Shown piece after piece: positions 50,462 to 63,679 of a stretch of DNA of 64,000 bases. Position 1 is the first letter of the stretch; every line of letters starts with the position of its first letter. The notes beneath the pieces were generated by a model. That model saw only the letters and a program-made list of their open reading frames with translations, did no database searches and had not been told where the DNA came from. The stretch comes from Podarcis erhardii (taxonomy: Eukaryota). Location of the stretch: NCBI GenBank assembly GCA_964252035.1, contig OZ176201.1. One strand, given 5' to 3'. Both the position numbers and the translations under genes were made by a program.

Positions 50462-50512
<51 letters not shown>

Positions 50513-50650
50513 GCTCTCCTTGTCCTTTTGGCACTGCAGGAATGTGACAAGGAGGAGGAGAAGGCAGGAGCAGCCGCCTCCCGCTCGCCCGCTTGACTCC
50601 CCGCTTCTCTTCACGTGACGGAAAGAGCGGGGGCTCTGGCAGCGCTATTA
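49950..50650 (-). promoter_or_regulatory. CpG-island promoter / 5' UTR of the MWCLH first exon of IQSEC1
   Basis: GC- and CpG-rich block in otherwise CpG-depleted AT-rich DNA, directly upstream of the ATG at 50001. Contains a GC box (gggcgg), E-box TCACGTGA at 50611-50618, MEF2-type CTATTAATAG at 50645-50654 and a (TG)23 tract. Confidence 0.8.
50465..50511. repeat. (TG)23 microsatellite inside the IQSEC1 CpG-island promoter
   Basis: Direct reading. Confidence 0.95.
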
Positions 50651-52939
50651 ATAGCTGCATTCAGACTGGGAAAGGCAGGCTTCATTGCTATTCAGCAGCT
50701 TCCCTGTCACTGGAAGCTGCTGCTCCCCCAGGCAGGCACACACTTGGCTTGGGTAGCAACAAATGTTTGCGTTGGCTTGGAAAGCGCCTGGAGCTGCTTT
50801 CGGAGACCCTCATTCTTTCCTCCTCTCTCTCTGTGCCCCCGCCCCATTTTGGTTTCCCCGGTTTTGCTTCAGCTGGGATGCTTTGCAATATAAGCGATGC
50901 ATGCCTTCTTCTTATCTTTGGGAAGGGCGTCTTTCGGACGTAATTGCTCCTAGAGTTAATTAAAACTAAAATCTTAAGATAAAAGGACTGCGGAACTCTT
51001 TATTATAAACGGCAAGCTGACGACTCCCAAGCGCCTGCAGCTGGAGCAGTTTAAGAGCTGCTTGCACAGAGATGAATGACTACGAAATGAACATTGGGGT
51101 GTGGAAGGCCTTGTACCTTTGGACTGTGCCCATCTCGCAGCTTTGAGATGGTTTTGTTTTTAAGCCAGTAAAACTTTAACGTGTGGGGGTTATGGCAAGA
51201 CAGTAAAGATCTGATTTTTGAATCAAAGTACACCCACACATGCACCAAAAGGAAACTTCTTTTTTTCATGTTGCTTTTGCTGCCACATTGAAATAATTGT
51301 TTATGTGAATCAGACCAGCACTTCTGTTTAGCTTCTCAACAAGGCTTACTCAAAGTGTTACAATGACCCTGTGTATTGCTGTATATCAAAAACTAAAAAC
51401 TTACAGTATAAGGTAAGGTGACATATTTACACATTCTCTTCAGTCTTTTGATATTTCCCTTTTAAACTTAGGCAGATTAAATACGTCTTTACATTTTTTG
51501 CTTTTCACTGCTTTAAAAAATCAATGCACACAGCATTCTTTTGAACTCTTTTGAGCTTTTTTTGAAAACAGAGTAAATGAACTTCAGACTACAAACTTCA
51601 AAAAATCTACTCCGTTATTTTTGTGCAATGACACCACTTTATCTATTCAAACCTACTATTACTAAGTGTTCCTCATGCATAAAAGTAAGGAAACAAACTT
51701 GAGTCCCCCCTGCCCACTTAAAAAAAAAAAAAAAACATTGAGAGGAAAAAGTTGCTCACAAAAATAAATTCATCTGTGTCAGCTATTGCACCAAGACTTG
51801 TAACAAAAATTGCTCTCAACCTCCACACATTTGTTCCAGGCATGTGGCTTTAAAATTATGATTTGGATAGAATAGTAGCACTAAAAATAACCCTGTAGAC
51901 GTTCCAAATAATTGTTCACGGCATTGTTAGATTTTATGTACACGGTAAAAAAACAAAAACACAGTAGAGTAATTTTTCTCAAGAGTTTTTGCTGTATCCA
52001 AATGTTACTACCATGACGAGTAAGAATATGCACTTTTAGTCATTGTGATGCAAACAAAACCAAACCTGGAGGATCAAAGTAGATCCCCATAAGTTTCCTG
52101 CTTAGCGTGGGATGCGACTTGGGGCTGCTGTTTAAAGTAAAAATGGTTTAAAACACAGCAATCCAAAGGGGGTGATGGAAAACCAAAGATGGACAACATG
52201 CCATATCTAGAGCCCCGTCAGGAATGTGGTTGGAAGAGAGGATGAAATGCTGCTTTTCCTCCCGCCTCCTTCAAAGACCCAGTTTGGCACACACACCCAT
52301 GTACATGTATGTGTACATACACATACACAGGCTGGGAGCCTCAATGGCACCCCTCTGGAGGCTTCACCTGGGGCAAAAAAAAACTGGCTCTCCATCCCCC
52401 CTGTAGCTACAGCTCTGTTTTCAGTTGTGGTGGTGGTTTCCAATAGGAGACAGAATACATATGCACAACAACACCATTTCAGATAGCGTCAGAGGAATGA
52501 GATCCATACCTTCCCCTTATCTGCCCCTAAGCTTGCTAATCCAAGGGCTGTGGAGATCTCTCCGGTGTCGGGAGGAGGTGGTCTTATGAGGCTGGATCTC
52601 TCTCTCTCTGGGGACGGACTACTCTTTCTGCATTGGAAAACAATGTTGGTTCAAGATTTCGGAGGGCACTTGGGCAAAACATCCTCAGTGCTCCTCCACT
52701 TCCTCAATGAATCTACCCCTTCACTGCCACTCTTGCCACCTACAGCTCTGTCTCATCATTGTCATCAAACAAAGCCAACTAACAAGCAGGCATTGGTAGT
52801 TCCTCCTCCTCACCACCACCACCATTCTTGTTTGCTTTCTCATCCCTGGGCCAGAGTGAGAGGAGGGTGAAGTAGCAGGATGCAATACTGAAGAGGAGGA
52901 ACAGGCCCAGATGACTCTTGTCAGTGGGTCCCCTACTGG

Positions 52940-53215
52940 CAGGGGTACCAACTTGCCCCCCGCATTGGGGAGGGTGCATCACGTGTGTGACATACCGTCC
53001 TCCCTGCGGCTTGTGCCGGGGGGCAAGATGCGCGGAGGGCGATCTTTGCCCTTGCTTGTTTGAACCTGCTCCTGGGTGGGGGATGAGACGCCCGGAGGGT
53101 GCCTGGCAGTGGCGGTGGATGTTGGCCCCCTCAATATTGGGGGGAGCTGGGCCCCCTGATTCAAAATATTGAGGGGGATGGAGCCGCTAGCACCCCCTAT
53201 ACCTGGTGCAGGTGC
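52940..53215. mobile_element. GC-rich MITE-like repeat (related piece at ~47690-47875)
   Basis: Starts caggggtaccaacttg and contains aaatattgagggggat, shared with 47824-47838. Confidence 0.45.
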
Positions 53216-53235
53216 CTGCTGGCATTTGGGCCTTG

Positions 53236-54230
53236 GCAGGTCCAAGAATTGATGCTTTTGAATTATGGTGCTGGAAGAGACTCTTGAGAGTCCCATGGAC
53301 TGCAGGAAGATCAAACCTATCCATTCTTAAGGAAATCAGCCCTGAGTGCTCACTGGATGGACAGATCCTGAAGCTGAGGCTCCAATACTTTGGCCACCTC
53401 ATGAGAAGAGAAGACTCTCTGGAAAAGACCCTGATGTTGGGAAAGATGGAGGGCACAAGGAGAAGGGGACGACAGAGGTTGAGACGGTTGGACAGTGTTC
53501 TTGTGATGGCCTGGGAATCTGATTCAGAAGCTGAATCTAAGGAGTCCCAGCCTGCACAGGAGTCCCCGCCTCCAGGGCCAGCTGAGCCGGGGCAGGGGCT
53601 TGAATCTGAAGGGCCCTCACTTGTGCCGGGTCCTCAGGAGCAGACACCAGATGTATCCACTCTGGCTCCGGAGGTGATTGAGGACCCACTGCCTGCAGGT
53701 GCGCCTCTCCCAGCCCTGTCAGGGGAAGGTGAAGCTGCCCCTGGGTCCAGTAACCCTCCAGCCTCTCCTGAGCTGCAGAGGCTCAGGGCAGAGAGGCGGA
53801 GGGAACTAAGTGCTCTCAGGAGGAGTGCTCGCCTTAAGGCCAGGAGAGGCGGGTCACCTGTGGGCTGGGACCGCCCCTGGCCTCAGAGGAGATAAAGGCC
53901 AGTCAGCCCAGTCCCAGGTTGCGGGAGCAACGACGTTGGAAACCTGTTTCTGCCAGCACCCAGACCTGTCTTTCCGGAGTTCCTGACCACGCCCGGCTTC
54001 TTGCTTTGAACCCAGCTTCCCTCTTGGTGGACAGTCTCCAGACCCTCGGCCCAGGACCGGACTTTAACCACGCCTCACGGTAACCCCCCCGGGACCAGCA
54101 CAGTTCTCGAAGCTACCAGCATGAGTTTGACCAAACTGCGGGAGGCAGTGGAAGACAGGATTGCCTGGCGTGCTCTGGTCCATGGGGTCACGAAGAGTCG
54201 GACACGACTAAATGACTAAACAACAACAAC
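53236..54230 (+). mobile_element. BovB/RTE 3' fragment interrupted by a solo LTR
   Basis: RIDAFELWCWKRLLRVPWTA..QYFGHLMRREDSLEKTLMLGK RT C-terminus. Resumes at 54103 and ends gacacgactaaatgactaaacaacaacaac. Confidence 0.88.
53502..54102 (+). mobile_element. 601-bp solo LTR (probably Gypsy/ERV type)
   Basis: TG...CA termini and 5-bp TSD gttct (53497-53501 and 54103-54107) inside BovB. TATA-like gataaa near 53891. Confidence 0.85.
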
Positions 54231-55249
54231 AGGAGCGGACCATGCAAACCTTCTACACTAGCCTTGCTTGGAGAGGGAGAGCTGAACATCCTTTGACCCC
54301 TGGATTGTCCTGCCACAGATCATAGGACTGTGGCCTAAATCAACCATGCCCATGTTTTTATCCTGTTATCTTGACTATTTAGTGTTGATGGTGGTTCTGC
54401 CTAACAGAAGCAAGAGCCCTCATTTCAAGGAGATATTTAAACATGTGCTTTGCTGGAATTTAATGAGCTGCTTCCTACTGAAACACAACACATGGTATAA
54501 ATATAAAAATCCTCCAAATATCCCAAGTGTAAATTTATCCTCATCTATATTTAAATATCTACGAGAAAACTAGATCAGATTCATTCAGACTAGGTTTGAA
54601 GATAGCTATTTATATAATAGCAGAGTCAAAAGGCATCGGGTTTTCTTTTTAGTCATGTGTAGTCCTTTTCAACACATTCTGTCTCTTGATGCAATAAATC
54701 TCTCCATAACATTTATAATCCATTGATGTGAATATTCATGGGTGGGGATTTTATGGGATTTCAATCCTAAGAATTTTCTGAGGCAAATCCATATCGTATG
54801 TGGCAAACACAGCTTATTGTTTTTATCGCTCTTTGACCTTAAAAATAAATTACACATATATATGCAGATTAACCTATTTCTTTTTAATGAAGAAAGACAG
54901 ACAGGAGATTATATATCTCATCCACAGGCCCCATACAACCAGGAAAAAAACACCAAACTGAATTTTTGTACATAAAATCTAAGCATGAGATGTCTTGTAC
55001 CGCTTCAAATTGTTGTGTCACTGATTAGACTCAACACACTGCCTTATATTAAGACACCACAACAACCTCTTTCCTACTTGTTTAAAAATAATATTTTGCT
55101 AGTTGTTACACAGTGGTCGTACCATTGTTTCATGGAAGTTTATGTGCTTGTTTGCTATTCTATGGCAGGGCACAATCCTGATAGTCAAGTGCTGCTAAAT
55201 TCCATGGATTTCACAGAATGATATAAGACCCCCCACCCCCAGGTAGAGC

Positions 55250-55605
55250 ATTCCTAATAAATGGCTGCCCAGCCTTCACATAAAGACCTTTGGCGAGGGA
55301 GATTCTATCCGCTTCTAGATAATTGGTTCTATTGTCAACCTGCTCTTACCGACAAGAAGCGTCTTCTGATCTTCAACCAAAACCTAACCTTCTGTAGTTT
55401 AAGCCCATGACAGCCTTTCAGGGGTATGTGAAGAGAGCTGTCATGTCTTCTCTCACTCTTCTCCAGGCGAAACATACCCAGTTCCTTCAAACTTCCCTCA
55501 TGGGATTTGTTTTCCTTGCTGCTTACCACCTTTGCTGCCCTCTTTCTCAATCCTGTTCTACTTTGTGCATATCCTTTTGAAAGTGTGGTCTCCAGAACTG
55601 AACAC
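55250..55605 (-). mobile_element. CR1 LINE RT C-terminal fragment
   Basis: Minus-strand RAAKVVS..SHEGSLKELGMFRLEK..LKGCH..RFWLKIRRRFLSVRA, a degenerate CR1 ORF2 end. Confidence 0.75.
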
Positions 55606-58001
55606 CAGAAAGTTACAGCCTTGAAGTCATTTTTTGTGCCTATTAATATTTAAGGGATTTTCTACATATTTTCTCAGTCCTTGTTCCCCATAAGGTATCC
55701 CTGTTAGAGCTACCTTCCAGTTGTTCAGCAGCTCCATGTGGTCAAATAGCCACTGCCTGCCTCTCAGCTGGAGTGGGGAGGCAAAAACTGCTTTTAGGGC
55801 TCACCTAATCAAGGAGTATATAAATTTTATGGTTTTTTTTAACCAAGACATTTTTGTTTGTACTGTGTACATTAAAATGCAAAATAACATGAAGAAAATG
55901 CCTGGGGAAATTGCTTGCAAAAATGTGTACAGTATGTATTAGGCAAAATTACATGGGGTTGTAGCCAACACTGTGTGTGCAGTTCCACTCACACAACCGG
56001 ACTTTCCCTTCCTCTCATCTTTCTGCTGCACTTTGAAGTTCCAACAACTGGAGCTTCAAAGCCCAGCATCACCTGACACCATATTAATATCAGGTGACTG
56101 ACAGGTGGGAGGCTCTGTCCACATGTCAAACATGGCTTGCTGCCAAAAAAGTTCCCCCGACCCAGATTTATAAGCTGCCCTAAAACAAAAAGAAGCTCAC
56201 AAAATAAAAATGTGGTAAAAGCAGCACAATAAAAATACAGTAAGATGAAGTGAGGCATTTTTAAAAACTTAAGATAAAAACCAGATCAAAGAGAGTAGAG
56301 AATATATTTTTTTAATTAAATTTGAAATACATGGGAAAATAAGTCTTCGCCTGGCACTGTAAGTATATTCAGGTAGGCACAAGGTGGGACTCACTGGGGA
56401 GAGTATTCTGTAAGCAGGAGACGACTGTTGCAAAGGCCCTTATAAGACGTGTCTAGCATTCTGTTATGTTATCACAGTGGCCAAAAATATGCCCCTCGGA
56501 AACCCACAAGCAAGACCTGAGCACAGAGCACACTGTGGTTTCCAACAACTGGCAGTCAGAAGCGTTACTGACTCCAACCACTGAGGCAATAGAATAGCTA
56601 TCATAGCTAGTAGCCATTGATACTCTTATCCTCCATTAATTTGGCACATCCTTTTTCAGAGTCATCCAAGTCAAAGGCCATCGCTGCCTCCTATAGGAGG
56701 GAGCTGCCACACTTGTACTCCCCCCCCCCCCATGATAACACCAAACCTTTGGGCTGAGGGAGAACTGGAAGAGGGAAGAAGCATAAGATGTCTCACAGCT
56801 GTGCCACTTACATGGCTGTTCAAATCTTCAGCACCCCCCCACACCTGTAGCTTTTCCAATAGAGATGCCCCATGCCTCCTTACATAATCATAGCATTTCC
56901 TAGGCAGAGAACTCTGCTTAGGGGATGTATCTACCCACAAGAGTGAAGTTTGGATGTAGTTATAGAAATAAAAATGCTATCCAACACAATGTGTTTTATG
57001 TTTCTCATGTAATTTATTAATCAAGTGTGACCACTTTTTTTTAAAAAAGATAGTAAATTTAATTCTTAGGGGTAATCCGGCCTCTTTCTATTATGTTTGT
57101 CTTTTTAATGGCCTCCTATGCTTTTACAAACGAATTCAAGATCTGTTTAAATATATATTTCACACTTTTAGGGGTGCGCTGAATTCCAGTGTATTCTGTG
57201 TGATTAACTTTGGAATTATTCTTAGCCAGGGTAACAATTACTGCTGATTTAGATGACATGTAGTACAAATTGCTGTGTGCTTGTAATTACAAATTGCATT
57301 TGTTGCACTCCAGGGGATTTATAAACATTGATATCTTGGCTATTAACACGTTAAATTACAGTGATTTATACAAAATGCTGAATGAACCAAAATCTAATTG
57401 TGGTCTTCTTTATATGTATGGGGCCTTAATACACTTTCAGAGTTGACAAAAATGGCTTTTTTGACATTAGATTTCAGTATATCTGAGATATATTTTAATT
57501 TGGCTGCGTTTCTTAGATACTTAAGTTGAACCAAAATCCCTCTAGGAATGGAATGCATTTATGGTACTTTCAAGAAAATATGTGCAATTTACATGCTTCT
57601 TTCTACTCCGCATCTTACTGGTAACACATTCATACCAGTGCAATTCAGGAAGCGCTCCAAGTTAAGACTCACATGTGACATTAAAATTCTTAACAACAGG
57701 AATATCATAGTAACAAGGCAAAAGGAGCACTTTCCATACACGGTCCTAAAAACAAATCTTTAAAGACAGATACTGAATTTTAACTTTTTTTAATTAAAGA
57801 ATTTTTACTGCCCTTCACCAAATTTGCCACAGTGAACAACAAAACACAACAAAAATAAAATCATTAAAATAAGTTACAGATATAACTACTTACAGATATA
57901 TAGTCATATTTAGAATTTACTTCATCCATCATACCTCTCTACCTCTAAAAGCCTGACAAAAGAGGCAAGTTCTCATCTGCTGACAAAACAAATATATTGT
58001 A

Positions 58002-58236
58002 CAGTGGTACCTCGGGTTACATTCGCTTCAGGTTACATACGCTTCAGGTTACACACTCTGCTAACCCAGAAATAGTGCTTCTGGTTAAGAACTTTGCTTC
58101 AGGATAAGAAAGAAATCGGGCTCCGGCAGCGTAGCAACAGCAGGAGGCCCCATTAGTGGTGCTTCAGGTTAAGAACAGTTTCAGGTTAAGAACGGATCTC
58201 CAGAACGAATTAAGTACTTAACCTGAGGTACCACTG
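58002..58236. mobile_element. Tigger-type MITE
   Basis: TA|cagtggtacctcgggtta ... taacctgaggtaccactg|TA. Confidence 0.85.
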
Positions 58237-61200
58237 TAGAGGCAAGTGGCACCTTGGATCATTCTACAGCTGTGCAGTTACCACAGAAAAAAAAACTTTG
58301 CCTTGGTGCCCATACTACAAACTACATACTACACACCTCATTCAAAGCAGGGCCTACCATGATAGCTTCACTGTCTGATTGAAATGAATGGGCAGGCTGT
58401 AATGGGAGAAGACACTCTCTCATATATTTACAGTAAAAATGCACATACTCATATGTATCGAACCATATAATATGTGGAGGAGATTACAATGCCTAGGGCT
58501 TCCACTCTTGGTAGCTGCTCTGCTCCCTCAACTTGTTCTGCAGACTCATCTTACAACTAGCCCAATCATATCTAGCAAGCAAGCATTTGGCGGCAACTGC
58601 TAAACAAACCAAGGAATTCTTTAATTCTAAGTTTGTACCTGGCGGATTTGGGCGTTCTAGTAAATAACGAAGTAGTTCCTACAAGCCTCAAGTATGCACA
58701 CCCATTCTAAACCATGATGTTCCTATCCTAAGCTTATTTTTGTGTCACCTCTACATGCATCTCATTGGGGGAAACAGAGGATGGAATCATGATAAGAAGT
58801 AAACTACTGATGTCCCCATGTCCAAACTTGAAATCATATGTTCTAAATATTTCAAATTATTTGAGTGACAGAACTGTGCAACAATGACTCATTACTTGTA
58901 GATGAAACCAGCCATAAAAATATTCAAACCACAGCTACCCTTTCCATTATACACTCATAGTGTAAGGTCACAAGTCTGTATTATCCTTTCCTTACTGTTT
59001 CCAGATGGTGGCATGTTAGCCTTTTGTAGCAAATATAACAGAGAGTCCTGCGGCACCTTAATGACTAAACAATATGACATAAGCATTTGTGGACTAGAGT
59101 AAACTTCATCAGATACAAGTTTCTTTGTTGTTTTTTCCCTCACACTGAGAACCTGAGCGAATGGTATCATAATTAACAGGATACTTAGTACTGATAAGAG
59201 AAGGATTATATTTTCCATCAGCTCTAGCCAGCAGGACCAATAGTCAAGATTGAAGGGAACTGCAGTCCTACAACTACTGGAGGGCCACAGATTCGTCACC
59301 CTAATCTATAAGAACTAATGACGGGACTCATTCCTTGGTGCAGTAGATGCAAACACAGAGGTGCTGGCTGTCCAGATACTCTGAAGTTCCTGTTTTGTTC
59401 TTTGCCATTTTGCCAGAGACACACAGATGGAAACCACACAAATCAAGTTGCCCATCTATGAATGATTAAGCAGTGCCCTCCTACTATGTAGCAACTCTTT
59501 ACCATCACTTTAAGGCATGATCCATTACTTTAATGGTTGGATCATGCAATCCACTCCCAAGTTCATCAGCTTCCTAGAAACACAGTATCTTTAGATTACC
59601 ACTATGTTGTTTTATCATGGTGCAAAAATAGTCAATGTACACTATCATTAATTGACTCAATTTGGAAATGTGCAACTTTGATTTAAGGCATGTGCTGACA
59701 TTTGACTGACAAGCACATAGGTGATCATTTGCCTTATACCGTTGTTTTTTAAAATCCTCTTGTGAAACTATTTCAACCATCCTCTTTTGAAAGTATTGAA
59801 TTATGCTTGCAAGTGCTCTTAGCAGTAGAAAATGCTTGGTTAAAAACAACAGGGTTGCTTCCTCCCTTGTCTAAAACCTGAAAAAAGTGATTAAATTGTT
59901 CCCTAGGCTGTGACAATTTTAATTTTCGTGTAATACTTCTGCTGTGTTTCTTTTTTGTAACTTTATATGTCTGAAAACCTAATAAAAACACTCTGAAAAA
60001 AAATTAAGATTAAATTAACTTCAGTATAACTGCTTTTGTCCAAGATCAGAAAAATCTTATTTGAGTAACACAATGCCCTTACTACCATTATTCACAGCTA
60101 TTATTTACAGCAACCTGAAATGATGTGTAGAATTCATCAGATACTGCCATGAGTCAATTTGAGCATGCATGAGAAACAGCAGTAACAGTGATTCAGATAT
60201 TTCACCCATAAGAACAGATGGTTTAAAATATATGAAGTGCCAGGATTACAGAGGCGAGAGAGGCAAACTTGGGCAGCTTTATTTCCAATAAGATGTGCTG
60301 GCTATTAAGCAGGAAACCTTTTCATTTCATTAAACTTCCTTCAAGCTGGAATCCTAATAAACACTTACCTGGAAGGAAGAATCATTGCAGACAATGGGAC
60401 TTACTTCTGAGTATGAGGCTTGTTAGGCAATGCAGTGTGCTGTTACATACAGAGGTCCCATTGATCTTAATTAAAACTACATGCTTCTTATATGTATAAG
60501 TTAGACATAAACAATACATCTTTTGTGTTTATTGCTGAATGTTTCATGCCAGTTACCTACAAAATATCCACAGCTGCTTAGGTTTACTGAAGTGGCTGTC
60601 TCTTTTCTATCTTTTTCTGCAGCACACCAAATTCTGGTTATTGACTAGAAGAAGGCCGACAAAAGTGTTTTGTCTTGGGGTGTATGTCTGCTGGACTGAA
60701 TGGCCATAAGACTATTTTCCTTTAATGCCACTAGACAATGTTTTAAACTCTTTCCAGGCAGTTAAGCTTTAATTAAGTTGTTAGTCCAGGCATATCTAAC
60801 TGAAATAGATTCTATTATCTGTGGGCTATATTTAGCCCACTGCCACCTACTGAACTGAAGAAAGAATTAAGATTTTCAAATGTTGGTAAGCTAGTAAGAA
60901 TGATATTCAGTCCAAATCCGACTTCAAAGCCCAAATAAACTGAGTTATTTGGAAGAACTCAGTTCTGCTTATTCACAAATATTTGGTGGTTGGTAAGGAA
61001 TAGTAGACAGAGCTGTTCTTTGCATAAATGTGTTCACTTTCAAATGTAATAGTAGTAGTAAAACTCGTAATCACTTTATATGAAATATAAAGAAATAAGC
61101 AGCTTTATTGGCTGTGATACAGCTGACTTTCCTGAGCATGCCCATCCTCAAATCATGTCCACTGCAAATGCAAGATAAATAAATCTTAGAGAAATAGTGC

Positions 61201-62044
61201 TAAGCAGAAAATTAGACTTAATCTTGAGGAGTCATGTAAGTCCTCAGCAATTCCCAAGAAGAGTGAGCAAGTCAAGCATATAAAACAGACAAAAATAAAA
61301 ACCACAAAAGCATAAAGTATAAAATAGCAGCCACATTCCAATAAACGTTAAAGGTTCTTCTGAGGCTTACAAATTGCTTTCTCTTTTTTTTTTTTGAAGG
61401 GCACTCAAGAAAGTTTAAGAATTTCTGGCAGTTTTATCTGGGATTGCACAGTGAACATGTGTTTTTCCATGTAGACTCTACAGTATAGTCAATAACTGCC
61501 CTGAATGCACCAGACCTTTTCTTAATCCATTTGAAGAAAGAACACTATTTGTCATTTTCCTGAATGATTAACTTTGAATGAAGACTAATGAAATAATGGA
61601 AAGCAAAATTGCTGTTATTCTTTATATGGTAATAGATCCTGCACTCAAGAGTAAACATATCAGGTGACTGCATTACATCAGCCTTATCTTCTATAATTAA
61701 TACATTATGTAGCTAATTCGTTTTTAAAATGACTCTGCATGCAGTATTTAAAAGAATATAAACAACCAATTGATTTTATAAATTTTATTTATATAGCTAT
61801 AAATATATATAAATTTGCCTTCTGCAGCAATGAAAAGTACAGCACAAGCAATACTGCTCACAGTATTCCTGCCAGCTGTAGCTGGCATAAGGCTCCAAAA
61901 CAGAGCATTATGGAGGCAGAGGTGGAGTAGTGCTAGGGATGGATATGCTAGATCTAAAGCCAATCCATTCCCTGGAGGGAGGCCCTGATACCATCCCCTC
62001 TTCTATGCTGGACTGGGGCTGGTGCCGCAAAAAAGATCCCTGTT

Positions 62045-62391
62045 GTCTTGGACAGCCACTCTGGGCAGCTTCCAAAAAATATATTAAAATACTGTAATAC
62101 ATCAAACATTAAGAGCTTCCCTAAACAGGGCTGCCTTCAGATGTCTTCTAAAAGTCTGGTAGTTGTTGTTCTCTTTGACATCTGGTAGGAGGGCATTCCA
62201 CAGGGAGGGTGCCACTACTGAGAAGGCCCTCTGCCTGGTTCCCTGTAACTTGGCTTCTCGCAGTGAGGGAACCGCCAGAAGGCCCTCAGTGCTGGACCTC
62301 AGTGTCTGGGTAGAACGATGGGGGTGGAGACGCTACTTCAGATATACTGGACCGAGGCCGTTTAGGGCTTTAAAGGTCAGCACCAACACTG
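62045..62391 (-). mobile_element. L2 3' fragment
   Basis: Reverse complement of the L2 RT C-terminus/3' UTR, homologous to 16730-17060. Confidence 0.78.
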
Positions 62392-62724
62392 TTAAACCAC
62401 AGAGCCTAGGACTTGCCGATCAGAAGGTCGGCGGTTCGAATCCCCACGACCGGGTGAGCTCCCGTTGCTCGGTCCCAGCTCCTGCCAACCTAGCAATCCG
62501 AAAGTGCAGTAGATAAATAGGTACCGCTGCAGCGGGAAGGTAAACGGCGTTTCTGTGCACTGCTCTGGTTTCGCCAGAAGCGGCTTAGTCATGTTGGCCA
62601 CATGACCCTGAAAAACTGTCTGTGGACAAGCGCCTGCTCCCTCAACCTGTAAAGCGATATGAGCACCGCAACCCCAGAGTCATCTGCCACTGGACCTAAT
62701 GGTCAGGGGTCCCTTTACCTTTAA
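62392..62724 (+). mobile_element. Sauria-type SINE, 5' end slightly truncated
   Basis: B-box ggttcgaatcc in a tRNA-like head, body gtaaacggcgtttc..gtcatgttggccacatgacc, and (ACCTTT)-type tail ccctttaccttta. Confidence 0.8.
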
Positions 62725-63679
62725 ACATGTATAGGACTGCTCTGAGAGACTCTAGGGTACTGTGATTTGTTGAGTGTGCTAAGGGTTAATTCTTGACAGT
62801 CCCTAGCCACCTCCACTACACTAACCATATGCTAACATATGGGGGTAGGGTAATAAATGTTTTTGGTGAAGAGGAAAGACCTTTTTTTTGCACAATGAAA
62901 ATGGTTGAAAATGGTTTTCTTGCCTAATTAGAGTGACTGCTATTCATGTGCTTGAAATCTGCTGAGGAATGTAATTTCAAAAGGAATATTAAAAGGCAGA
63001 GACCTGCTATGAGCAGGTTTCATGAGGAATTCACTTTGTTTCCTGCAATAATATTTATGAAAATCATCAAGGGGTCAAGGTTATTGAAATGGTTAGAAAT
63101 TGATCTGAAACCTTCTATATGGCTTGGACAGTACTGTTATTTTCACATGGAAGAGATTTAAAAGGATCAAAAGAACAAATATCTCATACAGAAAAGTAAA
63201 CCAGGGCACAGATGCCGGTTTATAAGGGCAGTATGTTTCTCTGTTAACTAAGAAGATTCACCAGAATAGGATAGGTTGAACAGAGAGGCCAGAAGATAAA
63301 GGGGCTACACATCTAACTGTTCAAACATACAGCAAAGCAGACTCAGGAAGGCATAGGCCAACTAGAAGCCTCAGGCAAAAAACCCCTGATATATTAGTTC
63401 AAAACTTGGAAGGGGAGCCGTCCCTTGCTGGGGTTCGCTTTTGACTCCCAGCAGCTTCTTTTCATTCATTTAAAAATTCACACCACTTACTATAATGTAA
63501 ACCTCTAAGCCATGGAGAACTTGGAGACTCCAGATGTTGTTGGACTCCAGACCTCTCCACCCCACCCAGCATGGCAAATGGTCGGTGATAATGGGAGTTT
63601 TAGCCAAACAACACGTGAAGGGCCGCAAGTTCGCCAACTGTGCTGTAAGCAGTTTAAATAAAAACTGTAAAAGCACAAA

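Noticed and set aside
53206-53895. 229-aa ORF as a host gene
   Set aside because: Chimera of MITE edge, BovB RT C-terminus and the solo-LTR ORF that happen to be in frame. It has a GTG start and no splice structure.
62410-62450. tRNA gene (ggttcgaatcc T-loop)
   Set aside because: It is the tRNA-derived head of the Sauria SINE, with no full cloverleaf.
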